Below are positions 9,354-19,730 of a stretch of DNA of 62,352 nucleotides, one piece after another. The stretch lies in IMG/VR virus record IMGVR_UViG_3300020021_000009, positions 1 to 62,352 of that record, one strand, 5' to 3'. Under the pieces are notes generated by a model, which saw nothing but the letters and a program-made list of their open reading frames with translations, did not search any database and was not told the DNA's origin. The position numbers and the translations under genes were made by a program. The DNA is from a virus (lineage: Duplodnaviria; Caudoviricetes). The stretch's first letter is position 1. Every line of letters starts with the position of its first letter.

Positions 9354-9363
9354 GTCTCCCTCT

Positions 9364-9699
9364 CTATACCGGTACGTCGTGGTCGCGGTTCTCTTCCCGC
9401 AGTTCGTCCAGGGTCTGGCCGTTCGTGACCCGCATCCGGACCGCCCCCGTGTGGTCCTGCGGGTACCAGTTCCGGTTGTGCGGGAACGGCCGCTGGGCGA
9501 GGACCGCCAGCGCGTCCCGCATGAACTCCGCCGCAGGCCATTCGATGGCGTCCACCTGCCGGCAGTAGGAGCAGAGGAACGCAGGCTTCCTGGTCCCGTA
9601 CGCGTGGTCCCCGTCCATCAGGAACTCTGCGCTCGCACAGAGCGGACGGGAGCAGTCCCCGACCCAGTTCCCGTGATAGATGTACGCCCGCACTGTCAT
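9364..9699 (-). CDS. small Cys-containing tail-module protein
   Basis: ATGA coupling; WVGDCSRPLC...FLCSYC. Confidence 0.65.
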   Translation of the reverse strand: MTVRAYIYHGNWVGDCSRPLCASAEFLMDGDHAYGTRKPAFLCSYCRQVDAIEWPAAEFMRDALAVLAQRPFPHNRNWYPQDHTGAVRMRVTNGQTLDELREENRDHDVPV

Positions 9700-12554
9700 G
9701 TCCCCAGCCTTCCCACGTTGAACATCCCGCGTACCGGGTCGTCGAAGACGAACACCGTATCCGGGTCGTCGCTGCTCGGAGGATCCCACACCCCCTGATC
9801 GAACCCGGCCCCGCGCAGGTCGAACGTGAACGGGTTGGAGGAACCGGAGGCCCCCACCTGCTCACAGCCGAGCACCACGGCATGGACCGGGGGCCGGCCC
9901 GCCCAGCCCATCCGGTCCGCCTGGTGGGCCACGTGCTCCACGTAGAAGTCGGCGTCGATGCCGAGCTCCCCGTCAGTGATCCGGATCAGGTCGGAGACGG
10001 TGCGGGACAGCACCTGCACGTAGTGGACCGGGTCGGAGGACACCACCCGCAGCTGGACCAGGGGACGGCGCTGCGCGTACTTGCCCAGGATCGACTGGGC
10101 CACCGCGTCCGCGTCCGCCGCCCCCGCCCACGGCACGGTGTCCGGGTACGCCTTGGTGCCGTGCTGGCCCACCGACGTCGGGTCGCTGCGCTGCACGGTC
10201 ACGGTGTTGGCCACCGGGACGGAGTAGGCCATCAGCTGCATGCCGGTCACGATCACGTCCCCGGCCAGGGCCGTGAGCGTGATCGTGGTGGACAGCCCGG
10301 ACGTCTGCCCGACGGTGACGACCAGCGTTCCGGCCCCGGACGCCTGGTAGTCGGTGCCGAGGACGGGGACGACCGCGCCCAGGAACGGGTCGGAGGCCAC
10401 GGCCTGGATGGTGACGGGCTGCCCGGTGGTGACGCTGTACACCGACGTGGACGACCACACGGCGGACGGGAGGGCGGCGATCTCGCGCTGCCCGACCTGG
10501 AAGGTCACGGAGTTGATGATGTCGCGCCAGCCGTGGGAGTAGGTCACCGGGGAGGTGAACGACAGGCCGGACGCGGGAGGCACCGCACAGTCCACGGCGG
10601 ACGCGGCGTAGACGCCCTGCTCCGCCGTGGACCGGTCCCGGAGCAGCCGGTGGGTGCGGTCCCGGAACACGAACGTGCCGTCGGGACCGGCGTAGGCGAT
10701 GGCCGGCGGGCCCTCCGACTTCAGCAGGTCACTGACCGCGTCACTGGCGGCGGTGGCGTTCAGCCACCACCACGGCATGAGCGTGGCGCCGGGGTCGATG
10801 TCCCGGGGCCCGGTCCAGCCCACGGCGTCCAGCACGATGTTGATGGCGTCCCCGGTGCGCAGCCCGGAGTACAGCGCGGTCGTCACGGGGGTGGACTGGA
10901 CCGCGGCGGCGGAGTCCAGGAAGGTGAAGTCCACCGTGCGGTTGTTGCGGTCCGCATGCACCGTGTAGTCGTCGATGCGTCCGGCGAACAGCGGGTAGGT
11001 GTGGCCGCCGAACTGCACCTGTCCGGTCATGGGGCGCGCCGCGTCCAGGGTCCCGGACAGCGGGGACGTGGTGACGTCCGGGCTGTAGACCCTGCGCACG
11101 TTGTTGACAGAGAACCCGGCGGTCCCCAGCGCGGCGGGGCTGATCTGTCGCATTTGGTCTCGCCCGTACGCCCAGGACGCGCCGCTGGACAGCATGTCGT
11201 AGGTGACCAGGTCGGTGGGCGCGGGCGTGATCTGCTGCTCCGCCTGGAGCGGGTCCAGGAGCATGAGGCCGAAGACGTAGAACACGTCCGCGGACGGGGG
11301 CGTGCTGCCGAACCGGAAGCGGACACTGTGCCGGGACGCGGTGGCGGGGGCGGTCAGCGTCTGCGTCAGGTGCGTCCACACCCCGGCGGGGACGGAGGAC
11401 GCCACGCCCAGACCGGTGGACACGAACACGTCTGCGGACGTCCACCAGTCCACCGCGGTCCGGACGTCCGCCCAGGCGACCGGGGCGTACACCCAGCAGT
11501 CCGCGATGTACTGCTGCCCGGGGACAACAGCGCCGACGGCGGAGTGCGGCAGGGCGGTGACGCCCCCGGACGCGCTCACCCCGTCGGGGACCACCAGCGT
11601 CATGGGGACGGAGCGGCCGGCCAGAAGGTCGGTACTGCGCGAGATGGTTGCCCCGGACGACGACCACCCGGCCAGGTCCTGGCGCACGTACGGGTTCGAC
11701 GACAGGATCTTCCCCGCCGCGGCCAGCCCCGTCTGCGGCCAGTCCACGGCCCAGGTGTACTCCGGTAGGCCGCCGGGCCCGCAGTTGTCCCAGGGCCCGT
11801 TCACGGAGGCGGAGGTGACCCCGAACGCGGTGCCGGTCCCGTTGGCCGTCTGTGCCTGGGCGACACCTGCGGAGGCGGAGGGAAGGATCTTGATCGCGAG
11901 CGATACGGCCGTGTCCCCGTCCCAGGACCCGAAGGTGTTGGCCGTGGACGTCCGCTGGGTCTGGAGACCGGAGGGGAGCGCGGCAGCGTTGTCCCACACG
12001 AACATGTTCAGCGACCGGTACGAGCTCCCGGACCGGTTCGTGTCGGAGGGGGAGACGGAGTACGTGGACGTGGTGCCGCTGCTCCCGCGGAAGGAGAGCA
12101 GCCATCCGTTCGGTACCGCGGTGGTCAGCTGGGGGTGGGACATGATCGAGTTCAGTGTGCTGCCGCTGTCGGAGGCGGAGGCGGACACCTCCACGGGCGT
12201 GGCGGGGTCGGTCCCGGTGTAGGACAGCATTCGGCCGATCACGTCCGGGCGGCCCGCGGGCCAGGAGGACGTGGAGAACGTCCAGGTCTGCGACGCCCCC
12301 TCCGTGCCGTTGGACACCCGCCGCCACACCTCCGCCGTGGGCGGCTGGTAGGACCCGCCCGCGGTCGCGGACCGGACCCGCTGCACCAGGGTCCATCCGG
12401 CCGGGGCGGTCGGGTTCGTGTTGCAGTCGTAGACCAGGAAGGCGAGCAGCAGGTTGCCGGACACCACGCCCGCGGGGGTCGCCACGGCGACGGCTCCCGG
12501 AGTGGTGACGGACGCGGTGGCGATGGTCCCGGCCGCACCGAACGCGACGGCCAT
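9696..12554 (-). CDS. large minor tail protein with probable carbohydrate-binding module
   Basis: Follows tape measure (TGATG overlap); 952 aa beta-rich; CBM-like VVPGQQYIADCWVY..GVWTHLTQTLTAPA. Confidence 0.8.
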   Translation of the reverse strand: MAVAFGAAGTIATASVTTPGAVAVATPAGVVSGNLLLAFLVYDCNTNPTAPAGWTLVQRVRSATAGGSYQPPTAEVWRRVSNGTEGASQTWTFSTSSWPAGRPDVIGRMLSYTGTDPATPVEVSASASDSGSTLNSIMSHPQLTTAVPNGWLLSFRGSSGTTSTYSVSPSDTNRSGSSYRSLNMFVWDNAAALPSGLQTQRTSTANTFGSWDGDTAVSLAIKILPSASAGVAQAQTANGTGTAFGVTSASVNGPWDNCGPGGLPEYTWAVDWPQTGLAAAGKILSSNPYVRQDLAGWSSSGATISRSTDLLAGRSVPMTLVVPDGVSASGGVTALPHSAVGAVVPGQQYIADCWVYAPVAWADVRTAVDWWTSADVFVSTGLGVASSVPAGVWTHLTQTLTAPATASRHSVRFRFGSTPPSADVFYVFGLMLLDPLQAEQQITPAPTDLVTYDMLSSGASWAYGRDQMRQISPAALGTAGFSVNNVRRVYSPDVTTSPLSGTLDAARPMTGQVQFGGHTYPLFAGRIDDYTVHADRNNRTVDFTFLDSAAAVQSTPVTTALYSGLRTGDAINIVLDAVGWTGPRDIDPGATLMPWWWLNATAASDAVSDLLKSEGPPAIAYAGPDGTFVFRDRTHRLLRDRSTAEQGVYAASAVDCAVPPASGLSFTSPVTYSHGWRDIINSVTFQVGQREIAALPSAVWSSTSVYSVTTGQPVTIQAVASDPFLGAVVPVLGTDYQASGAGTLVVTVGQTSGLSTTITLTALAGDVIVTGMQLMAYSVPVANTVTVQRSDPTSVGQHGTKAYPDTVPWAGAADADAVAQSILGKYAQRRPLVQLRVVSSDPVHYVQVLSRTVSDLIRITDGELGIDADFYVEHVAHQADRMGWAGRPPVHAVVLGCEQVGASGSSNPFTFDLRGAGFDQGVWDPPSSDDPDTVFVFDDPVRGMFNVGRLGT

Positions 12555-15500
12555 CAGCCACCCGCCGGAACGATGCCGCGCAGGCGTCCCTCGCGCTTGG
12601 CCTGCTGGAGGGAGGCGACCAGCCAGTTCATGACGTCGCGCTGGCTGCCCAGCACACCCTGGTTGACGATGGTCAGGTTGACCGTCACGCCCGCCGCCTC
12701 GCGCGGGCCGATGACCCGCTCCGGGCGGCCCGTGTTGTTGACCGCCAGCGTCCTGCCCGGCATGAGCCAGCCGCCGGAGTCGTAGCCCTGCGGCGGCAGG
12801 TTGGCGTTCGCCTGCTGCACGTGGGTGATGTTGCCGTACCGGGACACGATGTAACGAATGGCCGCCGCGACGTTGGCCACCGGGTTGAGGATGCCGAGGG
12901 ACCGGAGCGAGGACGGGACGTAGTGGTTGAAGGTTCCGGGGATCGTCTGCGCGAGGCCCTGCGAGGGGTGTCCGGCCTTGGCGTTGCTGTCGGTCCGGTT
13001 GATCGCGGACGCGTTCCATCCGGACTCACGCGTGATAAGGGTGTTCATCCCGGACAGCCACTGCGGGGCGGTCCCGGGCGGCGGTACCCCTGCGGCGGCC
13101 ATGGCGGTCCGGATCACGGCCAGGTGCTGGCCCGTCGGGATCTTCCCGCCCATGGAGGAAATCATCTTGTTGTACGCCGTGGCGTACGACGACGCGATCC
13201 GCTTCACCACCGACGCGATGTCCTGCTGCTCCGTGGATCTGGTGGACGCCTGGACACCCGCGTCGGTCGGCATCGTGTAGGACATGGCCATACCCCGGGG
13301 CCCTACAGGTCCGCCGGCCGCGTAGCCGGCCATCTTCAGCACCTGCTTGCGCAGCCGGGACACGGCGTAGTGGCCGCCCGCCGCGCGCACCTCCTTCGCC
13401 GTCCACACGTGCTCGTTGTCGGACAGCATGGACGGGATGTCATCGGAAGTGTCGGTGCCCGGCCCCCGGACGGCTCCGCCGGTCGCGTAGGAGAAGCCGG
13501 TGGTGGACGTGTACGAGTGACCGGTGATCTTGCCCTGGTCCACCCCGTTGAACTTGATATTGACCGGGACGGTCTTCGGCTTTATACCGCCCAGTGATTT
13601 GTTCACGGAGTCTGCGAAGTGGTCGAATGCTTTCTCTGCCGTCTTGAGCTTTCCGCCCAGGCCCGGGATCCACCCGAACATGAGCACGGCCCCGTGCAGG
13701 ATACTGCCCACCATATTCAGGAATCCATTGACGATGAATTTAATAGCAGGCTGAATACCGTTGGTCCACAGCCACATGAACGATGAGGCCAGGGGCTTGA
13801 TCACCCACTTTTCCAGGAAGTTCCAGGTGTCCACGGCGGACGTCTTGATAACGTTCCAGGTCTCTTTCCAGTGCAGCGCGAGGAAGGCGATGGGGGCGAG
13901 CGGTCCGAGAATGAGGATCGCGAACTGGCCGAACCCGTGGGTGAGGAAGTCGAATACCTCGGACGTCGTGGTCTTGATGAAGTTCCACGTCGCGTGCCAG
14001 GCCGTCTGGAACCAGGTGGTCTTGGTGGCGATCAGCACAATGACCGCGATCAGCGCCACGATCCCGATCACGACCCAGGTGACCGGGTTGGCCAGCAGGG
14101 CTACGGTCATCGCCCAGGTGGCCGCGATGGCGGGCCCCAGGGCCGCGGTCCACAGCCATGTGGCCGCGGTCACCAGACCGGTGGCCGTGGCGCTCGCGGC
14201 CATCGCCACGTTGCGCGCGATCAGTGACGCGGTGGACGCGATCAGGGCGATGGTGCCGCTGACCAGGGACGTGCCCCAGAGCCACTGGGCGGCGGTGACC
14301 AGCCCGGTCCACAGTGCCTGCAACCGCAACTGTACGAACACCAGCGCCATCTGGATCCGCAGGCCGAGCATCTGTACCCGGCTGGCTCCGTTGGCCGTGG
14401 AGAACAGCCAGGTCGCGGCAGCCGCGATGGCCGTCACGATGGCGTACGCCTTCATCGCAAGGTTGATCGCGACGATGGCGTTGACCACCTGGTTCAGCAC
14501 CGGGACGGGCAGCGCGGCCAGGATCCGGGCGAGCACCTCCGCCACCTTGAGACCGATCCCGGTCAGCGGGCCCAGGCCCCCGGCTACGTGGGTGGCAGCG
14601 GCGGCGATCTTCTCGAACGCCGCACCGACCTTGGGGCCGTCCTCCTTCGCGGTGGCGAAGAACGCCTGCACCCCGCCATTGCTCCCCGCGGTGGCACCCC
14701 AGTCGGCGAACTTCGCGGTGAGTGTGGTCAGGCCCCCGGTCACCCCGGCAGCCATCGGGGTGAAGGCGTCCAGGATCCCTGCGAAGCCGACGGCGAGGTT
14801 CCGGCCAATGTTCAGGAAGTCCGTGAGGCTGCCGCCGGACAGGTCCCCGATGTCCTTCCCGAACTTGCTGAAGACCTGGCCCCCGGTGCCGGCGCCGATG
14901 TTCTCCACGAACGACTTGACGTCCGCCGCCGCCGTGCGCACGATCGGGGACAGCTTCGGCAGCAGCCCCTGGACCTTCTCGATACCGAGAGTGAAGATCG
15001 GCATGGTGGATCCGGACAGGCCGTCCGACCACTTCTGGAACGCGTCCTGGAGGCCGGCGAACGCCACGGCCGTCTGACGGGTGGCCGGCGGCAGCCCGGA
15101 GAGCGTGTCGTTGTACTGCGCCTGGGCGGTCTTGGCCGCGTCGCTCGCGCTCTTTGCCTTGGCCAGGGCCGCCGCGTACTCCTTCCCCCCGGCACCCGCG
15201 AGCTGCTGCGCGCGCAGTGCCGCCTCCGCCGCCGCCTTCTGGGCCGCCGCCGCTCCCTTGGACCCGGACAGGGCGAGCTGCTGAGCCCGCTGCCGCAGCG
15301 CGGTGGCGTTGGCCACCGCGTTCTCGTACGCGACGCCGTTCTTCCCGGCGGCGGCGGTCGCCTGCTGCTGGGCGACGGTGGCCTTCTGCTGCGCAGCCTG
15401 GGCCGTGGCCTGCTGCTGGGTCGCAGCCGTGATCTGCTTGAACTGCGGGATCACCGCCGCACCGAGCGCCCCGGCGGCGGCCCCCGCACCGAGGAAGGCG

Positions 15501-15667
15501 GCAGCGATGGCGCCGACGCCAACGACCACGGGGGCGACGGCGGGCAGCAGGGTGGTGGACAGGACCGTCTTGCCGATCCCGCCCAGTGCCTCAATGGCCA
15601 CCTCCGCCGGTTTGGTGTCTGCGGAGATGCGAACGAACGCGGAACCGATCAGGCTACCGAGTGCCAT
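12554..15667 (-). CDS. tape measure protein with C-terminal lytic transglycosylase (SLT) domain
   Basis: 1037 aa Ala/Gly-rich with periodic W/F; ITRESGWN..AIN..DSNA..GHPSQGLAQTI. Confidence 0.92.
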   Translation of the reverse strand: MALGSLIGSAFVRISADTKPAEVAIEALGGIGKTVLSTTLLPAVAPVVVGVGAIAAAFLGAGAAAGALGAAVIPQFKQITAATQQQATAQAAQQKATVAQQQATAAAGKNGVAYENAVANATALRQRAQQLALSGSKGAAAAQKAAAEAALRAQQLAGAGGKEYAAALAKAKSASDAAKTAQAQYNDTLSGLPPATRQTAVAFAGLQDAFQKWSDGLSGSTMPIFTLGIEKVQGLLPKLSPIVRTAAADVKSFVENIGAGTGGQVFSKFGKDIGDLSGGSLTDFLNIGRNLAVGFAGILDAFTPMAAGVTGGLTTLTAKFADWGATAGSNGGVQAFFATAKEDGPKVGAAFEKIAAAATHVAGGLGPLTGIGLKVAEVLARILAALPVPVLNQVVNAIVAINLAMKAYAIVTAIAAAATWLFSTANGASRVQMLGLRIQMALVFVQLRLQALWTGLVTAAQWLWGTSLVSGTIALIASTASLIARNVAMAASATATGLVTAATWLWTAALGPAIAATWAMTVALLANPVTWVVIGIVALIAVIVLIATKTTWFQTAWHATWNFIKTTTSEVFDFLTHGFGQFAILILGPLAPIAFLALHWKETWNVIKTSAVDTWNFLEKWVIKPLASSFMWLWTNGIQPAIKFIVNGFLNMVGSILHGAVLMFGWIPGLGGKLKTAEKAFDHFADSVNKSLGGIKPKTVPVNIKFNGVDQGKITGHSYTSTTGFSYATGGAVRGPGTDTSDDIPSMLSDNEHVWTAKEVRAAGGHYAVSRLRKQVLKMAGYAAGGPVGPRGMAMSYTMPTDAGVQASTRSTEQQDIASVVKRIASSYATAYNKMISSMGGKIPTGQHLAVIRTAMAAAGVPPPGTAPQWLSGMNTLITRESGWNASAINRTDSNAKAGHPSQGLAQTIPGTFNHYVPSSLRSLGILNPVANVAAAIRYIVSRYGNITHVQQANANLPPQGYDSGGWLMPGRTLAVNNTGRPERVIGPREAAGVTVNLTIVNQGVLGSQRDVMNWLVASLQQAKREGRLRGIVPAGG

Positions 15668-15670
15668 GGG

Positions 15671-16020
15671 TCACGCCATCCCGGGGGCGTAGGCGGACAG
15701 GAAGGACTGGGACGCTTCCTCGTCCGACTCCCACCAGGCGGGAGCTCCCGCGGGGCGCGTGTCCACGCGAGGGGCCGCGTCGGCCGGTGTCCGCCACGTC
15801 CGTACCCCCATCTCGTTGTCGAACGCCGCCAGCACCTGGTCCGGCGTGGTGCCCTCCGCCTGGTAGTCCAGGCGCTCCAGCATCTCCGCATAGACGACGT
15901 TCAGGAACCGGTCGAAGGGGAGGCTGCCGAGATCGACACCTCGCCCGATGTACTGTCCGTCCAGGCGATGCCAGACCCCGGGCTGTCCGACCCAGGAGCA
16001 GAGGGCCCGGACGGCGTCGT
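15671..16020 (-). CDS. tail assembly chaperone C-terminal frame (possible -1 frameshift product or separate gene)
   Basis: LGSLPFDRFLNVVYAEML frame overlaps the 3' end of TAC; candidate shift at CGCCCTAC near 16020. Confidence 0.6.
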
Positions 16021-16344
16021 AGGGCGTAGCCCGAACTCCTCCAGCAGGAAGCTGATGGACTGCTCCAGCTGGTCGAACTCGATCATGTTGACGGGGTCGT
16101 AGGAGCTCGTCATCTCGGACAGCAGGGCGAAGCTCTCCGGCTCCAGCAGACTGCCCAGGATCTCTTTGAACGCGCCGATCTGCTGGTCCACGGGCGTGCC
16201 CGCGGCCATGGCGCCGAACCGGACGGTGAACGCCAGCACGGTGTCCGCGGGCAGGCCCACGACACCCGTGTAGGTGTGGTCCCCGATGGTGAAGGAGGGG
16301 GCTTCGGCCCGTTTCTTGGAGAAGTCCTTGGTCGTCATGGGCAC
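15901..16344 (-). CDS. tail assembly chaperone
   Basis: Position before tape measure; EEFGLRPT followed by Ser-rich tail. Confidence 0.75.
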   Translation of the reverse strand: MPMTTKDFSKKRAEAPSFTIGDHTYTGVVGLPADTVLAFTVRFGAMAAGTPVDQQIGAFKEILGSLLEPESFALLSEMTSSYDPVNMIEFDQLEQSISFLLEEFGLRPTTPSGPSAPGSDSPGSGIAWTDSTSGEVSISAASPSTGS

Positions 16345-16362
16345 AGCGTAGGACGGCCACGG

Positions 16363-16782
16363 TCAAGATCCTCCCGCGAGGTTCCCGCCCGCGCGCAGGC
16401 TCCGGGTCAGGAAGTCGTTCGCCTTGTTCCCGGGGTGGTGGACGACACGGGCGTAGACGTACTTCCCGCCCCGCACCTTGAAGCGCAGCCGCCCGTGCGG
16501 ACGCGGCTTCGGGAAGATCAGGTGGGGCCGCGTGCCCTGGGTCACGAACAGGGTCGCAGGGTGCGAGCACTGGATGTCCACCACGTCGGAGTCCGTCAGG
16601 TTCGTGATCGTGACCGACGTGATTTTCCGTTTCATGGAGCCGGGGGCGAGCTGGCGGGCCCTGGTCATGATGAGCCGCCCGCGCCGCTCCAGGTCGTTGG
16701 TCGTCGGCGATCCCTTCCCCCGGAACAGGCGGCGGATGGCGACCCCGTCCAACTTGACCGTCACCGTGATCTTCCCAGCCAT
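16363..16782 (-). CDS. HK97 gp10-like neck/tail completion protein
   Basis: GTRPHLIFPK...VHHPGNKANDFL. Confidence 0.75.
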   Translation of the reverse strand: MAGKITVTVKLDGVAIRRLFRGKGSPTTNDLERRGRLIMTRARQLAPGSMKRKITSVTITNLTDSDVVDIQCSHPATLFVTQGTRPHLIFPKPRPHGRLRFKVRGGKYVYARVVHHPGNKANDFLTRSLRAGGNLAGGS

Positions 16783-16793
16783 ATCAAGATCCT

Positions 16794-16834
16794 TAATACT
16801 CGAGTATTAGTAGATATACGCACTAACACTCGAG
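16794..16834. other. AT-rich intergenic palindrome / overlapping inverted repeats
   Basis: TAATACTCGAGTATTA (16794..16809) plus IR 16799..16811 with 16822..16834. Confidence 0.7.
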
Positions 16835-16841
16835 CCTCTCG

Positions 16842-17366
16842 TCAGCCACGGGGCAGCGCCACCAGGACGTGGAGCTCCGAGCCGACACACATGCCCTCAG
16901 GGCCGACGGCTGTTTGCGCCTGGACCACGTAGTCCAGGATCTCGGCGTCCCCGCCCCCGTCATCCTTCATCGCGCAGAGCTCGCGGTCCACGGCCGTAAG
17001 CACGTTGAAGGCGTCGGCCAGCCCCTGCCGGGCGTCCGCGTCCAGTTCGTCGGGACCGGGGGCGGGATCGGTCTGCGGGTTCTCCGGCTGGGACGCGCAG
17101 CGCAGCACCACGACCACGATCTCCGCCACCTCCGTGGACGGGGAGCAGCCCACCCCCACAGGAGCCTCCACGGGGGCGGGGAAGGTGTCGGACAGGTATG
17201 CCTGCGCGACGGTGACGTACAGCCCCCCGCACTCGCAGTCGTCCCACGCGACCGCACCAGCCACCACGCCGTACCGGCAGGGCGGCGGGTCCAGCGCGGT
17301 GTACGCGGCGTCGCGCAGCGCGGCGGCCACCGTGTACCACTTGAACTGACCGGACAGCATGGTCAC
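16842..17366 (-). CDS. head-tail joining / tail terminator-like protein
   Basis: AWDDCECGGL...VLRC...GPEGMCVG; position. Confidence 0.7.
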   Translation of the reverse strand: MTMLSGQFKWYTVAAALRDAAYTALDPPPCRYGVVAGAVAWDDCECGGLYVTVAQAYLSDTFPAPVEAPVGVGCSPSTEVAEIVVVVLRCASQPENPQTDPAPGPDELDADARQGLADAFNVLTAVDRELCAMKDDGGGDAEILDYVVQAQTAVGPEGMCVGSELHVLVALPRG

Positions 17367-18160
17367 GATCCCGCCCTCCGGGGTTCGGCACGGTCCACGG
17401 CGTAGACCCGGGACCGTGAGGAGAGCCGGTTGGGGTTGACGGCCGCGAGCCACAGATCCACCAGGTAGACGCCGGTCCGCCCCGCCTCCACGGCCGCGTT
17501 GATGTCCGGGAAGCTGATCGTGACCCCCTGCCGGACCAGGGACTGGAGCTGCATGGGCAGGCGGCAGTCCGCGCCGTTGCGCGCGCGCAGGATCTGGCAC
17601 GCGAGCTCGCCCATGGGCCCGGCCGCGTCGCTGGGGACGTCCAGGCCGTAGGCCGCGGTCACGGACCACGTGCCCGGCTCCGTGTCCGCCAGCCGCAGGT
17701 TGTTGCAGCGCGGCCACCGGAGACCGTCCGTGCGGACCAGCAGCCGGTTGTCGTCCAGCCGGTATGCGGACGGATCAAGCAGCACCCCGTCCACCTTCAC
17801 CGCGGACACGGCGTTGGTCAGCGCGGGTAGCAGAACGGTGGGCACCTCCCCGCAGGAGCAGGTGCCGGCGCACGTCCCGCAGCCGGAGCTGAACCAGTAG
17901 GACGCGTCCCAGTTGGACGGGGACCCGCCCCACGACGACATGGGCCACGTCAGCGGGTGCGCCTGCGGCCACGGCTGGTAGCAGCTCTCCCGGCACGGCC
18001 GGAGCGTCGTGGTGCACGTCCCGTACCGGCGGCCGGACAGCGACCACAGCACCCGCGTCGCCATGCCCACCGCCAGGCCGGTGGCCTCCGGGGAGTAGGT
18101 GGACACGTCGCAGGTCCAGTCCACTGGCCACGGGTCGCACGGTCCGTCACTGAACGTCAT
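17363..18160 (-). CDS. head-to-tail adaptor
   Basis: LWSLSGRRYG...CRLP...RQGVT...TGVYLVDLWLAAVNP. Confidence 0.8.
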   Translation of the reverse strand: MTFSDGPCDPWPVDWTCDVSTYSPEATGLAVGMATRVLWSLSGRRYGTCTTTLRPCRESCYQPWPQAHPLTWPMSSWGGSPSNWDASYWFSSGCGTCAGTCSCGEVPTVLLPALTNAVSAVKVDGVLLDPSAYRLDDNRLLVRTDGLRWPRCNNLRLADTEPGTWSVTAAYGLDVPSDAAGPMGELACQILRARNGADCRLPMQLQSLVRQGVTISFPDINAAVEAGRTGVYLVDLWLAAVNPNRLSSRSRVYAVDRAEPRRAGS

Positions 18161-18501
18161 ATCTGTGGCACTCCTCCGACTGGTTCCCGCACAGTGAACA
18201 CCAGGCGGACGGACGCGAACCGGTTAGCCCCGTTGCCCACCCAGAACTCCGCCGTGTACTGGCCGGACTCCGACCACTCGGCACCGGTCCAGACGTACGA
18301 CACCAGCCCGCTGGTGCCGATCTGGACGACTGCCGTGTACGTGGTCGGCACGCCCCCGGGGGTGCGGACCACAAACTTCGCCGTGTACCCGGACAGGTCC
18401 GTGCCCGCCCCGGCGGAGTCCAGGAACTGGTACACCAGCGGGGGCTGCTTCTCCCCGCGTACGTACGGGCCGATGGCGACCCGGGGCTGGTTGATCCGCA
18501 C
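18157..18501 (-). CDS. BppU-like small structural protein
   Basis: DLSGYTAKF...GLVSYVW...GQYTAEFWV; GAAGG RBS. Confidence 0.65.
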   Translation of the reverse strand: MRINQPRVAIGPYVRGEKQPPLVYQFLDSAGAGTDLSGYTAKFVVRTPGGVPTTYTAVVQIGTSGLVSYVWTGAEWSESGQYTAEFWVGNGANRFASVRLVFTVREPVGGVPQI

Positions 18502-18511
18502 GGTACCTTCC

Positions 18512-19717
18512 TCACGCTGGGGCGAAGGGCTCGCGCCCGGATGCGGCGGTCCCCGGCAACCTGCCGGAGATGGAGGCGGACGGCCCCCGGCCGGAGGCGT
18601 CCGTGGACGGCTCCCGACCGGAGACCGTCTCCTGGTACGCGGACACCGGGGCCTGGACGGATACGGCATGTGCCGACCCGGAGGCGTGACCGGCCGCGGC
18701 AGTGACCACGATAGCCGTGCCCGGGGTGTAGGCGGTCCCGGCACCGGAGGCGTGACCGGCCACGGCAATGACCACGGCAGCCGTGGCCGGAGCGTAGGCG
18801 GTCCCGGTGCCGGAGGCGCGGCCGGCGGTCCCGGCCAGTGCCCCCACCGGAGCGAAGACCGTTCCGGTGCCGGCGGCCTGACCGACGGTCCCTGCCAGTG
18901 CCGCCCCCGGGGCGTAGGCGGTGCCGGTACCGGCGGCCGTTGCCGGGGACGGAGCGGCCCCGGCACGGGGTGCGTAGGCAGTGCCGGACCCGGCGGCCGT
19001 TGCCGGGGATGGAGCGGTCCCTGTACCGGGTGCGTAGGCGGTGCCGGATCCGGAGGCGGTGCCAGCGGTCCCGACCAGGGCTGCTCCAGGAGCGTAGGCG
19101 GTGCCGGTACCGGCGGCCTGGCCGGCCACCGCAGCGGCCCCGGCACGGGGCGCGTAGGCGGTACCGGACCCGGCGGCCTGACCGGCCACCGCGGTGGTTC
19201 CGCTGGTGACGTCGGCCCCGGTGAAGTCGTCGTAGCGGAGCGCGGACGCGCCGTCGGAACGGATGCCGACGCTGGTGCCGGTCGTCACGACCGTGTTCGT
19301 GACGGAGACCTGCTGTACGCCGTTGACGAATCCCTTGATCGTCGAACCAACGGCCTGGACCTTCGCGACGTCCCCGGAGACGGCCGCCGCAGCGAAGGTG
19401 CCGATGCTGGTGAAAGACCCACCGAGGACGGAGAACAGGGTCCACGTCGTGCCGTCGTTACGCCAGAGGTAGCCCTGGGTGATGCCGCTGTTCCCGCGGC
19501 ACCACACGCCCTGACTCGCTGCCGCCGTGACCGCGATGGTGGCCTGCGCACTGTTGTCGTTGGTCGCCATCGCGGTCACGGCGGTCAGGACAAGACCGGT
19601 GCCGGTCGTCCCCGGCGAGAGCCGATTGGAGGCGATGGTCCAGGTGCCGGACACCTGGGTCCAGCTGGCGCCGACAGACCCGTCCGCCCGGTTGAAGTCG
19701 TCTGTGAACGTGGTCAC
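18512..19717 (-). CDS. virion protein with N-terminal lectin-like beta domain and ~20-aa Ala/Gly/Thr repeats
   Basis: FTDDFNRADG start; about 8 AGxAxGxGTAYAP repeats; GGAGG RBS. Confidence 0.7.
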   Translation of the reverse strand: MTTFTDDFNRADGSVGASWTQVSGTWTIASNRLSPGTTGTGLVLTAVTAMATNDNSAQATIAVTAAASQGVWCRGNSGITQGYLWRNDGTTWTLFSVLGGSFTSIGTFAAAAVSGDVAKVQAVGSTIKGFVNGVQQVSVTNTVVTTGTSVGIRSDGASALRYDDFTGADVTSGTTAVAGQAAGSGTAYAPRAGAAAVAGQAAGTGTAYAPGAALVGTAGTASGSGTAYAPGTGTAPSPATAAGSGTAYAPRAGAAPSPATAAGTGTAYAPGAALAGTVGQAAGTGTVFAPVGALAGTAGRASGTGTAYAPATAAVVIAVAGHASGAGTAYTPGTAIVVTAAAGHASGSAHAVSVQAPVSAYQETVSGREPSTDASGRGPSASISGRLPGTAASGREPFAPA

Positions 19718-19730
19718 GACGCGCCTCCGC

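Noticed and set aside
13540-14000. Lower-GC patch in the tape measure gene as an insertion
   Set aside because: Frame is intact and the patch is largely explained by Ile/Lys/Phe/Asn-rich sequence; no boundary repeats seen
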